Made by a program: the position numbers and the translations under genes. Source: Mesotaenium endlicherianum (lineage: Eukaryota). From it: a DNA stretch of 48,665 bases. The stretch's first letter is position 1. Each line of letters begins with the position of its first letter. Of this stretch, positions 9,171 through 20,300 are shown piece by piece. The DNA lies in the NCBI GenBank assembly GCA_009602735.1, contig WELA01001035.1, positions 244,198-292,862 on the forward strand. The letters are read 5' to 3'. The notes beneath the pieces were generated by a model. The model was not told the origin of the DNA, did no database searches, and worked only from the letters and a program-made list of their open reading frames with translations.

Positions 9171-12100
9171 AGGTTATATATCACCCTGAGAATGGTCGAC
9201 GGGTGACGGGAGAATGGTGACGCGACTACTATCTGTTAGACGGTGCCGCACGCGCAGCGCAAGCTACGGCCACCCAGGTTCGGAAAGTCAACGTTGACTC
9301 ACCGACTACTTGACTGATTACGTCGCAGTCAGCGGTTATGTTGGCGTTAAGACCACTGGCAAGGGGTCAATGTCAATGTGCCCCACACCCAGGGATGGGG
9401 GAGGTTTTGACAGCATAGACAGCCGCGAGGCTAGAAGCTGGGGATCAGTGATGAGCCGCCCAGCAGGTACCAAGTCAGGTACTATGTGACTGGCAGATTA
9501 AGCCAGGTCATGGCCGCAAATGCCAAGATAGGTTACGGCCGCCCGGGTGGGAATCTTGAGCAAGTGGCATTTGCTTGTACACGCCGCTCAAGAGTTCTTA
9601 GCCATGAGCCAATTAGGCGTGACTGCCAGCTGAGAAGCTAAGCAGCCACGCGCGACAGTCACGAGGTGTGCATGCATGCTGAGTGACTACGAGTTTGAGT
9701 TGAGCATGGCTAGGCACAAGCGACATGCAGCTAAGCTTTGTGACTAAGCACGGCATTCTGGAAAGATGACGCTGTGTGGTGCCTGCAAAAGGCACAAATC
9801 TTGCTTGAGACATGTCATTCACTCTCACGCACTTTTGCCAAGAAGCAGAAGGAGCAGAAGGAGCAGAAGAAAGGAGAAGAAGGGCGCGAAGAAGAAAAAG
9901 GAGTTCCCAAGGCCATTGGAGAGCCGAGGCCCCATGCTTCTGCCGACGCTGAAGATTCTTCTCAGTGTATCATAGATAAGTTAGGATGTAGGAGTTCCCA
10001 AGAGGGCATCACACTGTTGAAAGTAGGAGAATTGCAGAATAGAATCTGCTAGGAGATTAGCACAGATTCGACCGAACGCCACAAGTGTGTGTGAAGCAGC
10101 CTTAAAATGGTGAGTTGTGTGTTAGTTTCCAAGTTCTCAGAAGTCGCATTCGCATCTCGAAGAGAGAGGGTAGTATTGGCAGATAAAGCTCTCAGTGAAG
10201 AACTGAGTGAGCCTAGCCTGGCAGTGAAGAACTGTTAAGGCGCGGTTTTAAAGAAGAGCTTGACCCAGGCCAGCATAGACGTGTAGTTTCAGAGTTTTGT
10301 AAGCTGTGACTTTGTGAAAGTTAAGCGAAAGCCTGAAGGGCGAATTTCTCTGAATCTGACGCTGTATGTCAAGCTGCTTAGAGTGTGATTTTTGCAAACT
10401 ACAATTTGCTCGCCTGTGAACCCAAGAGCCTTAAGGCATAAAGCCTATGTGGAAGTAAGAGACTTCCGTCCTTGTAAGAGGAATTAAGGCAAGGCAAGTA
10501 TTTTTAATTTTTTTTGCTAGGTCTTAGGATAAGCAGATGGTGAGAGCAGGGTGAAGGAGAACATTGCTCTGAGTGTTGGTCATGGTTGCATGGTGCAAGT
10601 TCAGGAGCCCAGGGATGGGTCAACCTTGGTAAGGCTTGTCTCCGACACACGTGCGAAGGTCAATCGACCATGTTTGCCCACACGTGAGGAGGGCCACCAA
10701 CACATTGTCCATGTCGAAGACTTACGTGCTGGAAGGCTACGCACTTGCCGAGGGACCGACACTGTTAGGCACAACACGGGTTGTTTCCGATTTTTCAATC
10801 CTTTCGAAGGATGGCGTGGGATGGCCCAAGCAAACTCTTTGCTGAAATGTCGCGAAAAGATGGAAACACACTAAGGCGGTCCTTGCGACACTTACCACCT
10901 CGAAAACTGGTGAACACGTGTTTTGAGACCCCACCCTCTCAAAAAGATGGTGGTATAACTCCTCCATCCTCTCTAAAGTCGCTAGACAACCATTCACGAC
11001 TCCACTCAGGCTCAAATGTGATAATTCCTGAGTTTAGTTAGTGCAGCGATCTTCATCGACGGCGTTCCTTTGGTCGAGCCCAACCTCAAACCCATCAAAT
11101 GGCCAACTTTGATGAGGCTTGCGTGAACGTATCAACCATGGACAGCCGCAAGCATGTTTGTCCTTAGGATTTTTGGATTGTCTTACAACACTCACTTTTA
11201 TGATGGTGTACTATCTAATGCAGATTCAGTCGCAGTGGCTATGTAGAATCGGGTTAAGAAGGAAAGGTACTACGAATTGACAGTAGTCCAGCATAAATTC
11301 CTTCCTCTTTTCTTACAAAAATACGCCTATACCCGTGCATGCCAGATAGAGGAAGCTGGAAGATGGGCAGTTGCCTCGTACTTAAAGGTAAGCCTCTCAT
11401 GTTACTGCTGTAGGCTTGTCAATTGTTGCACCTTTTTGGGCCTCAAAGATACGCTCAGAGGCAGATAAATAAAATAAGTGGCATTTGTTTATAACGCAAC
11501 AGCAGCAAGTCTGCCTTGCTTTTCTCTTCTCTTTCCCCTCTCTCTCTCCTTCTCTACTGCCCCCTCTCCCTCTCTCTCTCTCCCTCTCTTGTCCGAATGA
11601 TTCCTTTTGTGTGCTTGCGACGACTGCCATGTGTCGAGCAGCTGCTGCCATGTGTCGAGGTGTCATCAGGACTGCTGTTGCAGAATGGTTCAACAGGGAG
11701 GGGCCAAAGGGGAGGTGAGGAGGTGTGTCTAGTGCTTCTCTGCAGCTGGCACGCCTGCCGGGCAATCTGCCAGCATTTGAAGGAGGACCACAGATGGCTC
11801 CCTCGCCGAGCTCTGGCAGGTCTGGTAATGAGAGGTGCTACACGGTCGGCATGCAACTTGCGCTGGTGCGTTGCGGGATGCCGCTGGGTGGAGTGATGCC
11901 TCTTGCTTCCATGGGCAAGGGGGGCTGGCTGTCTGGGGGTTGGTGGGGGGGTCTGACGACAGCGACAACATCCGCCCTGGCCGGGTGTGCATGGGGGTGG
12001 TATACACGCTCGCACTTGCGCCCTTGAAGGCGCATGGCTGTGAGAGTGCGTGCCGGTTGGCTGGCGCACATGCGTGCACAAGTTTGTGTGCTTGCAAATT

Positions 12101-12284
12101 TGTGTGCATGTACGGGCGGGCAGGGTGCGCAAGCGTGTATGTGTGCTAGTGTGTGTGCTTGCGCGCGCAAGAGAGCGAGTGGGCGCAAACGTGCACACTT
12201 GAGGGCGCATGCGGGACTATGCGGGAGGTGAGTTGCTACAGCGACGGTAGGGGTGTGTCAGTTGTCCTGCTTTCTCTTCACCTC

Positions 12285-13005
12285 TGAAATGAATCGACTT
12301 ACCAAATAAGCGATTAACAATTAATTAAGATCTTTATATCAGCAAGTAATCTTTATGGTAATTTTCGTTAACTGGTTAAACGGCAAAGGAAAATACACTA
12401 GCAGGGAATAATACTCGTAAGTCAAATGCGAGTAAACTAGCATCAATAATGCAAATCAGTAAACTCATACATAAGCAAGGTTAGAAGACAGTGCGTATCA
12501 ATGGCTTCTCGCCTTGGATTCAGATGTCTCTCAGTCAGCTGTACAAGAGAGTTGGCCTCGTTTCCAAATGCCGAACTCGAGAGCAATGCCTAGCATATGT
12601 ACATGGAATGAGTTTACTGTTCAACGGTCAGTGCGATGGCACCGCCTACCCGGGAGTTAACCACGTTGGTAGGACCTCGGTTAACCAAATCCACCGCCAT
12701 CTCCCATCATCCCGAATAGCCATCCATCATAGGGATGTCATCTGGCTATTCATCTAGCATATCGCACTTAGATGCATATCAAGGCAGTTCGCTGCTACCG
12801 AGTACGGAAGTCAGCTTGCTGTCAAAGAATGTGTCAGCAAGCTGACTTATATGGACTTTCAGCCTGCTGCTTTCGACTGAGTCATCAAACTGATAATTAT
12901 GTAAAGTCCAGCAGACTGACTATTAACTAAAGTTCAGCAGGCTGAACTTAATTAACTATTATATTTAAATGAATATTATATCCACTAATATACTGATTCA
13001 TTACA
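12285..13005 (-). repeat. 3' LTR of element 2 (721 bp)
   Basis: Direct repeat of 20301-21019, roughly 25 differences by eye (~96-97%). Confidence 0.97.
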
Positions 13006-13041
13006 ATCCCTCCAACTTAACTTGTTGTCGCCTCGACAACA
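13006..13041 (-). promoter_or_regulatory. Terminal PPT with upstream hairpin, element 2
   Basis: Minus strand TTAAGTTGGAGGGAT abuts the LTR; stem TGTTGTCG/CGACAACA at 13023-13041. Confidence 0.85.
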
Positions 13042-13118
13042 TTAAACTGCAGAAATTTTAAATAAGGGAACTGAACCTGACCAGCCTCCCTTACTGACTG
13101 CCTCTTCAGCGTGTCACC

Positions 13119-14795
13119 TTAAGGGGTTGTTCCTGGGGCTTCAGGGTCAGGAGACGGAGATCTGGACCTAGATCTGGACAGCCCTCTAGGTCTGTCAGCT
13201 GGCCTTCTAAAGAACCCTGTTTGCTCTAAAGTTGGCCCTCGAGGAGAACGGAGGATGGTGGCCTGCTCTTCAACCACTTGGGTGTTGATTCCCACATAGA
13301 CAGGCATTCCAGTAGGATGCTGAAATACATTGGCTAGAGGTACATGCCCCTGAGCGGAGGGGGAGGCTGGCATACCTCTGGCCCACCCGCGTGTCCCTCT
13401 TCTGGCACCCCTGTCCTCTGGGGATTTCTGTCTGTGTCTGCTGCCCAGTACAGTCAGATCAGCTTCTTCCCCTGCTTGGGCAGGTGGGCTGGGGGAGCGA
13501 GCGCGGGGTCCAGTTGTCGCCATAACGGGGATCACATTCCAAACACCTGATCGTGGTTCTTTAGGAAGCGCCCCTGCCTGTCCCTGGGTATCCTGAGTAC
13601 CTGCTGCTGATGCTTCTCCTCTGCCTTGTTCTTCTTCCTCATCCTCCTCATCCTCCTCCTCGGAGAGAGTAGGGGTCTCGTCCACTAAGTCGTCCTGCTC
13701 CCTAGTAGACATGGAGTAGTCTACCGACCTCCCTTTCTTAGGGCGCGCTGGAGGTTGCTTGGCCTTCAGCCTACTGATATCTATCCGGCCTGCATTCTTT
13801 GCCCATTTGACAAAGGCATGCTTTCCCTTAGAGAAGTACTCTCTTCCCCTCCTCCTATGTTCCTTGGTCTCTGCATTCATATTGCTCAGGCATCCATTCA
13901 GCCTGGGGTCCCAAGGGGCAATGTGAGGTGGTAGGATGAGATAGCCGTCTAGGCCATAGTGGAAGTCATCCGGTTGGGCTCGGTCACACTCCTGCTTCTT
14001 ATTTGTGACGGTCATCCACCTCCAGTCTGTTGGCTGCTGGTAGTACTGGGGTCCGTGCTCAGCCTTCCTCAGTTTACACGGGAACCAGTGGGGAGAGAAC
14101 ATCTGCTGTCCTGCTTCCCTGGCCAAGTACTCCCAGCTCCTTCTCTCAACTTCATTGTAAGCTGGCAGGAGTGTGAGGTAGAATACCGTATCCTTAAAGC
14201 TATCGGGCCGCATGCTCACCATCCGGATGAGTCTCTGATCTCCCACTATTCCCGGTATGGGGACCGGCTTGTCCTCTGAATCATCTGCGAGATACCGGGC
14301 CTGCTCTGCTGTATAGCCCACCATCTTAGCATAATCTTCGTAAAGGACCACGCCGGTGTGTGTCTCGATGTACCTGTCCAGTGCTGTAGCTCCTTCCTTC
14401 TGTAGCAGTGTTGTCTGTTCCAGCCTGTTGATCTCCTGGGCTGCCAGCAATGCTTCCTTCAGGTTATCGAAGTTTTGGCCACCCACCACAGTATACCTGT
14501 AAGTGGCCAAGCTCTTCTGTCTGTCCGCTTCAATCTTTTTTCTTTTCTCCTCTTCTGCCGCTGCCGCTTCTTCTTGCTGTTTCTTCTGTCTCTCCTCCTC
14601 AGCCTTCCTGAGGTTTTCCGCTTCCTGATCCTTCTTCCTCTGTGCCTCTTCTGCCGCCTCTTGTTGCTTGCGGACCCTTTCTTGTTCTCTCCTGGTGAGG
14701 GACGTCGCCGCCAGCTCCTTCTGGTATTGCTCCATTGTCCTCCTGGCTTCTTCTGCCTTGCGCTTTCTGTCCTCCTTTTGTGTGGTGGGCGCCAT
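13119..14795 (-). CDS. ORF3 of element 2: ~558-aa protein of unknown function (coiled coil, aromatic-rich core, acidic tract, RS/SP-rich tail)
   Basis: Uninterrupted 1.68-kb ORF, same sense as pol, inside the LTRs. Likely ATG at 14795, 1 nt after a TGCAG acceptor. No signal peptide or TM segment visible. Confidence 0.85.
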   Translation of the reverse strand: MAPTTQKEDRKRKAEEARRTMEQYQKELAATSLTRREQERVRKQQEAAEEAQRKKDQEAENLRKAEEERQKKQQEEAAAAEEEKRKKIEADRQKSLATYRYTVVGGQNFDNLKEALLAAQEINRLEQTTLLQKEGATALDRYIETHTGVVLYEDYAKMVGYTAEQARYLADDSEDKPVPIPGIVGDQRLIRMVSMRPDSFKDTVFYLTLLPAYNEVERRSWEYLAREAGQQMFSPHWFPCKLRKAEHGPQYYQQPTDWRWMTVTNKKQECDRAQPDDFHYGLDGYLILPPHIAPWDPRLNGCLSNMNAETKEHRRRGREYFSKGKHAFVKWAKNAGRIDISRLKAKQPPARPKKGRSVDYSMSTREQDDLVDETPTLSEEEDEEDEEEEQGRGEASAAGTQDTQGQAGALPKEPRSGVWNVIPVMATTGPRARSPSPPAQAGEEADLTVLGSRHRQKSPEDRGARRGTRGWARGMPASPSAQGHVPLANVFQHPTGMPVYVGINTQVVEEQATILRSPRGPTLEQTGFFRRPADRPRGLSRSRSRSPSPDPEAPGTTP

Positions 14796-14796
14796 C

Positions 14797-14899
14797 CTGC
14801 ACATGTAACCAGGGCACAAGTTAGTAGGATATGGACCTTTGTCATAGGGATTGCAGGAAGTATGTTAGTATTTAGTATAGTGGCTTCGCTGCTGTTTAC
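14797..14899 (-). promoter_or_regulatory. Putative 103-nt 5'-UTR intron of ORF3
   Basis: Donor AAG|GTAAAC at 14899, branch points TACTAAC at 14870-14864 and 14826-14820, acceptor TGTGCAG|G-ATG at 14797. Confidence 0.65.
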
Positions 14900-15000
14900 C
14901 TTACAGGATGATTGCTAAAAGTTGACGTAGTTGCGATGCGCTACACATAAACGTATGAGTGTGTTTTTATCGCTCTCGCTCACTAACTGTCATATATTTT

Positions 15001-15035
15001 CCCCTCCAACTTAAATGGAGACAGGACCGCCTGTC
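15001..15035 (-). promoter_or_regulatory. Second, internal PPT with hairpin between pol and ORF3
   Basis: CCCTCCAACTTAA at 15002-15014 is identical to 13008-13020; stem GACAGG/CCTGTC at 15020-15035. Confidence 0.75.
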
Positions 15036-15062
15036 ACCTTCCCGTGTCAACTGAAATGACAG

Positions 15063-18000
15063 TTATGGAGGGACTCCAGCGGCCCGAAGGTGGAACCGTG
15101 TCAACGCCCCTTTGGCATTGGTCAAGTGGTCCTTAAACTCCCAAGTGTCCCCAGAGGCATCGTAACCCTTCCATCGAATGAGGTATTTCATGACATATTT
15201 AGACGATCGACGGACCGAGCGAGCGTCTAAAATCTCATCGACCTCATATTCCTCAGGGTCGCCGTCCCGGACAGCGGGGACCGGTCCCGGTTGGACAGGG
15301 AACCGACCTGTGAACAGTGTATCACCTTTGATGTACGGTTCCAGGAAGGAGACATTAAAGACCGGGTGCCCCTTGTATTCAGCTGACATGTTCAGTTTGT
15401 AAGCATTCTGACCGACACGACGGACCACCGAATATGGACCGACCCAGACAGGGCCAAGCTTTTTCTTGACCACACCAGGGAGGTACAGGTGCTGAGAATG
15501 CAGTTTGACTAAATCCCCCTTGGAAAATGTCAGTTCCCGACGGTGTTGATTAGCGTATTTTTGTTGGTTTTCTTGGGCCGTGTGCAAGTTTCGTTGGACT
15601 TCTGACAGGGTGTCAGCAAACTCCTGAGTTAACTGGAGGGAGACCGGGTTGTCAATCCCTTCAGGGTGAGTTAAAGATTCCCCTAGCACATCTAAAGGAG
15701 ACTTAGGGACTCTACCCAGGCTGAGTTCAAAAGGAGTCTTGCCCGTTGACGCGTGCACCGCACTGTTGACCGCAAACTGAATTTGAGGCAACAGGTCATC
15801 CCAATTATCTTGTTTTTGGTTAATATATGCTCTCAGCACCTCCTGCAGAACTCGGTTAGTTCTTTCAGTCTGCCCATCAGTCTGAGGGTGGTTTGCTGTG
15901 CTGAGCAGCTGTTTGACTCCCATTAACCCCATTAAAGCTCTCCAGAACTTAGAGGTGAATTTTGAGTCTCTGTCTGAGATGATATTAGAAGGGAGCCCAT
16001 GTTGGCATACTACATGGTTGTAAAACTGTCTCGCTGTTTCGAGTGCAGTCACTTTGACAGTTGTGGGGATAAAAATGACCATTTTTGTCAGTTTATCCAC
16101 GACTACCAGTATTGAATCATGCCCGTTGGCAGTTCTTGGTAGTGAGACCACCCAGTCCATGGATATAGTTTCCCAGCGTCCAGCTGGGATGGGCAGCGGT
16201 TGCAAGAGACCTCCGGGTGGTGTGTGCCGAGACTTATTTCTCTGACACTGGTCACAGGACTTGACATATTTCAAGACCTCCCGGGGTAACCCCTCCCAAT
16301 GATAATGTTTTGCCAGTTTGCCAACAGTTTTGGCCTGCCCCAAATGTCCACCCAGGAGACTGTCATGAGCTTGACTCAGTAAGAGAGACCTTATTTCCAA
16401 GTTATTAGGAATGACCAGCTTCAGCCTGCCTGAAGTGGTTTCAGTCACCCAGACCCCTCCCTTAAGCTTATACCCGAGTGCAGTAGCACGACACACACCA
16501 GTAGTGGGGCTGGGCTCAAATGTTGGGTCAGAAAGGTAGGCTTTCCTAAGTTGTTCAAGGAAGGACTTTTTCACCTTTAGTGAAGTGAGTGCACACAGGA
16601 CTTTATCTACAGTATGCTGACTAAAGTTCCTTTCTTGCAAGTCAGGTCTTCTAGAGAGTGCATCAGCAGGATTCAACTTCCCTGGTTTGTAGTCGATCTG
16701 GACTTGGAACTGCTCCAGCATCTGGCTCCAGCGGTTCTCCCTCCTCGACAGCTTGGACTTCTTCTGAAAGTGGGTCAGAGCTAGATGATCTGTAATCACC
16801 TTAAAAGCTTTACCATGTAAGTATGCTCTCCACTGTTTGAGTACATGAATGATAGCTAGCAGCTCTTTATCATGCACTGAGTAATTAATCTCCGCGGGAT
16901 TAAATTTCATAGACTCATACAACACAGGATGCCACTCCTACCGTATCTTACCATCCTTTGTGGTTTTGTCAGCAGGCTGCAACAAAATAGCACCCATGGC
17001 AAAATCAGAGGCATCAGTAACCACCTGCACCGGTTTGCTGGGTCATACACGGCTACCCCACACATACCCGATGTCTTTCTTAGTAAGGTCAGTCAATTTA
17101 CTGGCCTTTGTGGAATAATTCTCAATGAATCTCCTATAGTAGTTAGCCAACCCGAGGAAGGATCTAACTTCAGAGACGGACTGTGGCACTGGCTAGTCCC
17201 TTATGGTCTGGATTTTCTTAGGATCCACACTGATGCCCTCTTTACTGACAACGTGGCCTAAGAATTCAATACTTTCCTGAAAGAAATCACACTTGCTCAT
17301 TTTAGCATATAAGTGATTTCTTCTCAGAGTGTCCATGACTGCATTTAAGTGTTCAGTGTGCCGAGCTTCATCTTTAGAGAAAATTAAAATGTCATCCAGG
17401 AAAACTTGCACAAACTTATCCAAATAAGGTCTGAAAATGTCATTCATAGCCCCCATGAAGGTAGCAGGAGCATTAGTCAGTCCAAATGGCATCACGTTGA
17501 ACTCATAGTGTCCATAACGTGTGCGGAAAGCAGTCTTGTGTTCATCCCCCTCGGCAATTCTGATTTGATGATAACCACTCTTGAGATCTATCTTACTGAA
17601 CACCTTAGCGCCAGACAGGGTATCAAGCAAGTCCTCGATTCTGGGTAAAGCACACTTGTTCTTTACTGTAATTCTGGTCAGGGCTCTGTAATCCACACAC
17701 ATCCGCATACTGCCATCCTTTTTCTTAACAAATAGGATGGGTGCGCCGTACAGTGATTTACTGGGAGAAATGTAACCATTTTCCTCCAGCTCTGCAATCT
17801 GTGTTTTCAACTCCTCACTCTCCAAATAAGACAAGCCATACGTGCGTTGCCAGGGTGGCTGGCTACCAGGTAATAAATCAATCCTATGATCTACTTCCCG
17901 CTTAGGGGGTAGTCCTGGAGGCATATTAAACACATCCGTGTACTGAGCAACAATGTTTGCAGCAGTAGGGTGTTCCGGAGGGTGTACCTTTTTCTCAACC

Positions 18001-18812
18001 ACTTCTTCAGGTTGAGGAGGTACCTCTCTTAGCAGCAGACAGAACATTCTGTCTTCCTTCTGGTTCCAGCTTTTGACGAACTCCATTGCATTCAGCAACT
18101 TGCATCCTTCTGGAAGCCTCTTCTTTTCCTTCATTTGCCATCCACACAGGACAAGAGGAAGAGCACTGGTGGGTGCCAAGTCAGTCTGCCCATCACTGGC
18201 TCCTCTCACTTTAACTGTACCTCTGCTCCAACACACTTCAGCTTGATGTCTATTAAGCCAGGACCTGCCTAGCACGAGATCATAAAAGCCAGTGTTGAGT
18301 ACCTCAAATGTAAGCGTTTCAGTTAGAACTGCAATGCCAGAACCTAACTGGACCTCAATAGGCTTGGTTATAACTCCTCCCGGGATACTTGAGGCATCTC
18401 CAAGGAATATTTTTCTATTCCCTTGGGTGACAGTAGGCAGCCTTAGCCGCTTAACTAAGTCCTTGTGAATAAAAGTATGTGACGCCCCTCCGTCAACAAA
18501 TGCCCTCACCTTCCTACCTGCAATCATGCAATGCAGTAGGATAGGGGGGACTGTCTTTTCCTGACTTTCGCATTGTTCTCCTGACGTAGCAAAGAAATGT
18601 TGGACATCAGGTGGAACAAGAGCATCCAGAGTGTGCACTCTCTGGACGTCTATATTACTGATGGTCTCCTTTATCTGTTTGTCAGGCATGCATAGTGAAT
18701 CCAGTTCAGCAGGACCCATAATACCTGCTACGAGGGCAGCTAGTGACGACTCACTATCTCTAGCATCCTCACAGTCAGTAGACTGGATTACTGACTGTTG
18801 CTGTCTTTTAAA
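15063..18812 (-). pseudogene. pol: pol of element 2 (PR-RT-RH-IN-chromodomain), disabled
   Basis: Motifs [40 protein letters not shown] and EYEVDEIL...YLIRWKGY. In-frame stops at 17193-17195 (TAG for Trp), 17043-17045 and 16938-16940. About 20 codons are missing from the RT-RH linker relative to element 1. Confidence 0.95.
18771..18812 (-). promoter_or_regulatory. -1 ribosomal frameshift signal, gag-pol of element 2
   Basis: Slippery T TTA AAA (18812-18806), 7-nt spacer, perfect 10-bp stem ACAGTCAGTA/TACTGACTGT (18798-18771). The -1 frame is open into the protease. Confidence 0.85.
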
Positions 18813-20266
18813 GGCTGGTCTTTTCTCTCGACCTTAGGCAGGTGCTTGACCGGACACTGTTCTCTGTAGTGGCCTTTCTGCTGACAATGGTAGCAAGTAG
18901 ATTTTGCTGAGGCTGGTCTCGGCTTAGTCCTACCACCACCCCTTCCATAGCCACCTCGAGAGGGACCACCTCTACCTCTAGACTGAATAGCATTGTACTC
19001 ATACTCATATTCATCACCCTGATTATCCTCAGCCTGGTCTCCTTCAACTGCATTGTAGGAACCGTGGGGCTTTTTGACAATCTTAGACACCAAAGCGTTA
19101 CTCTGGCGCTTGTGATTGAACTGCTGCTGATCCCAGGCGTCAGCATCCTGGATCAAGTCAGCCAGTTTCTCATACTTTTTCTCAGCAAAATGACCAGAGA
19201 CCTCGGATTTCAAGCCATACCTGAAGTATGCTATCCTATACCGTTCTGGCAAATCAGGCTGCTTCATCATGTTCTCTTGGAACTTTTGAGCAAACTCAGC
19301 AACTGAAGTGGTCTGCTTCAGTGTCAGGGAGATCATCGCATAGATAGCTTTCTCCTGCTGGTTGATGACATCAAACTTCTCATGCAACTTCTCGACAAAC
19401 TCTACCCACGTAGGGTCACCGAGTTGCCGAGCCTTACGCTCTTCCTTCCAGTAAAGCCACCAGTCTGCGGCACTGCCTTTCAGTAGCGCACCGGTGTGCC
19501 TGACCTTCTCGTAATCTTGCAGTTCTGGGTAGTTCTCCAGCCACTGCTCAACATCCGCGAGAAACTTGATCAGGTAATATTTTCTGTTTCCCTCAGGATC
19601 ATAGTCCTGGGGAGGTTTCGGCTTGGGCTTACTAGGCCCTCGGCCACCACCACTAGTGGTGTGAGACCCCAGTTGGTCTCTGTCCCGGAGTAGGGACATT
19701 ATGATTCTTTTGTCCTCCTGCTGGGACTGATACATGGTCGCCATTTGCGACTGCATCTGAACGAACAATGCTCCCAAGTCTACATTTTGGGGTGGTAGAT
19801 TAGCAAATGCAGCAGCAGCATTGGCATCTACTCGCTGAGTAGTGTCCTCAACAATCCCTCTCGCTCCTGCAGCAGCAATTCCTGCCGCATTCAGCCGGTC
19901 ACGTATTTGACCTAGGGGTACATTGAGTTGTACGGCAGGAGGTGGGTTCAGAACATTGGCCCTTGATGCCATAAGTTCTTCAACAGTGCGCTCGTCAGCT
20001 GGCTGTCCTTCCCTCCTTTGTATATCTTCAGCGGCCTTTGCTACTTGTTCAGCTTCTAGTCTGGCTATCTCCTCCTCAGCTTGCTGAGCTGCGACTGAGG
20101 CAATAGCAGCTGCCTCATCTGCAGCCTCCCTAGCTGCAGTATCCGCTACTGCTTCCGAATAGGTACGGTTTCCCGCTACATGGCTTTCCGCCTGGTTTTC
20201 GACATTCTCGTTATCCTGGTTCTCCATGTCTCGGGAGTTGCTAGTTTGAGACCTTGTCCTTACCAT
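18788..20266 (-). CDS. gag: Gag of element 2 (492 aa)
   Basis: MVRTRS start, [27 protein letters not shown] repeats and CCHC knuckle [14 protein letters not shown]. Confidence 0.95.
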   Translation of the reverse strand: MVRTRSQTSNSRDMENQDNENVENQAESHVAGNRTYSEAVADTAAREAADEAAAIASVAAQQAEEEIARLEAEQVAKAAEDIQRREGQPADERTVEELMASRANVLNPPPAVQLNVPLGQIRDRLNAAGIAAAGARGIVEDTTQRVDANAAAAFANLPPQNVDLGALFVQMQSQMATMYQSQQEDKRIIMSLLRDRDQLGSHTTSGGGRGPSKPKPKPPQDYDPEGNRKYYLIKFLADVEQWLENYPELQDYEKVRHTGALLKGSAADWWLYWKEERKARQLGDPTWVEFVEKLHEKFDVINQQEKAIYAMISLTLKQTTSVAEFAQKFQENMMKQPDLPERYRIAYFRYGLKSEVSGHFAEKKYEKLADLIQDADAWDQQQFNHKRQSNALVSKIVKKPHGSYNAVEGDQAEDNQGDEYEYEYNAIQSRGRGGPSRGGYGRGGGRTKPRPASAKSTCYHCQQKGHYREQCPVKHLPKVERKDQPLKDSNSQ

Positions 20267-20287
20267 ACAAAGAAGACTGTGATAACT

Positions 20288-20299
20288 GCTCCGATACCA
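20288..20299 (-). promoter_or_regulatory. Primer binding site (initiator tRNA-Met type) of element 2
   Basis: TGGTATCGGAGC lies 1 nt inside the 5' LTR end. Confidence 0.9.
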
Positions 20300-20300
20300 C

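Noticed and set aside
9234..11187. Canonical solo LTR TGTTAGAC...GTCTTACA
   Set aside because: The flanking 5-mers (CTATC versus ACACT) do not match, so it is kept only as a low-confidence finding.
12491..12757. 88-aa ORF repeated at 20506-20772
   Set aside because: It is simply the LTR duplication, antisense to the element, with a GTG start and no recognisable motif.
13119..14819. ORF3 as an env gene, or as domesticated because it is intact while pol is broken
   Set aside because: It has no signal peptide or TM helix. At only ~3-4% LTR divergence an intact 1.7-kb ORF is quite possible by chance, and gag is intact too.
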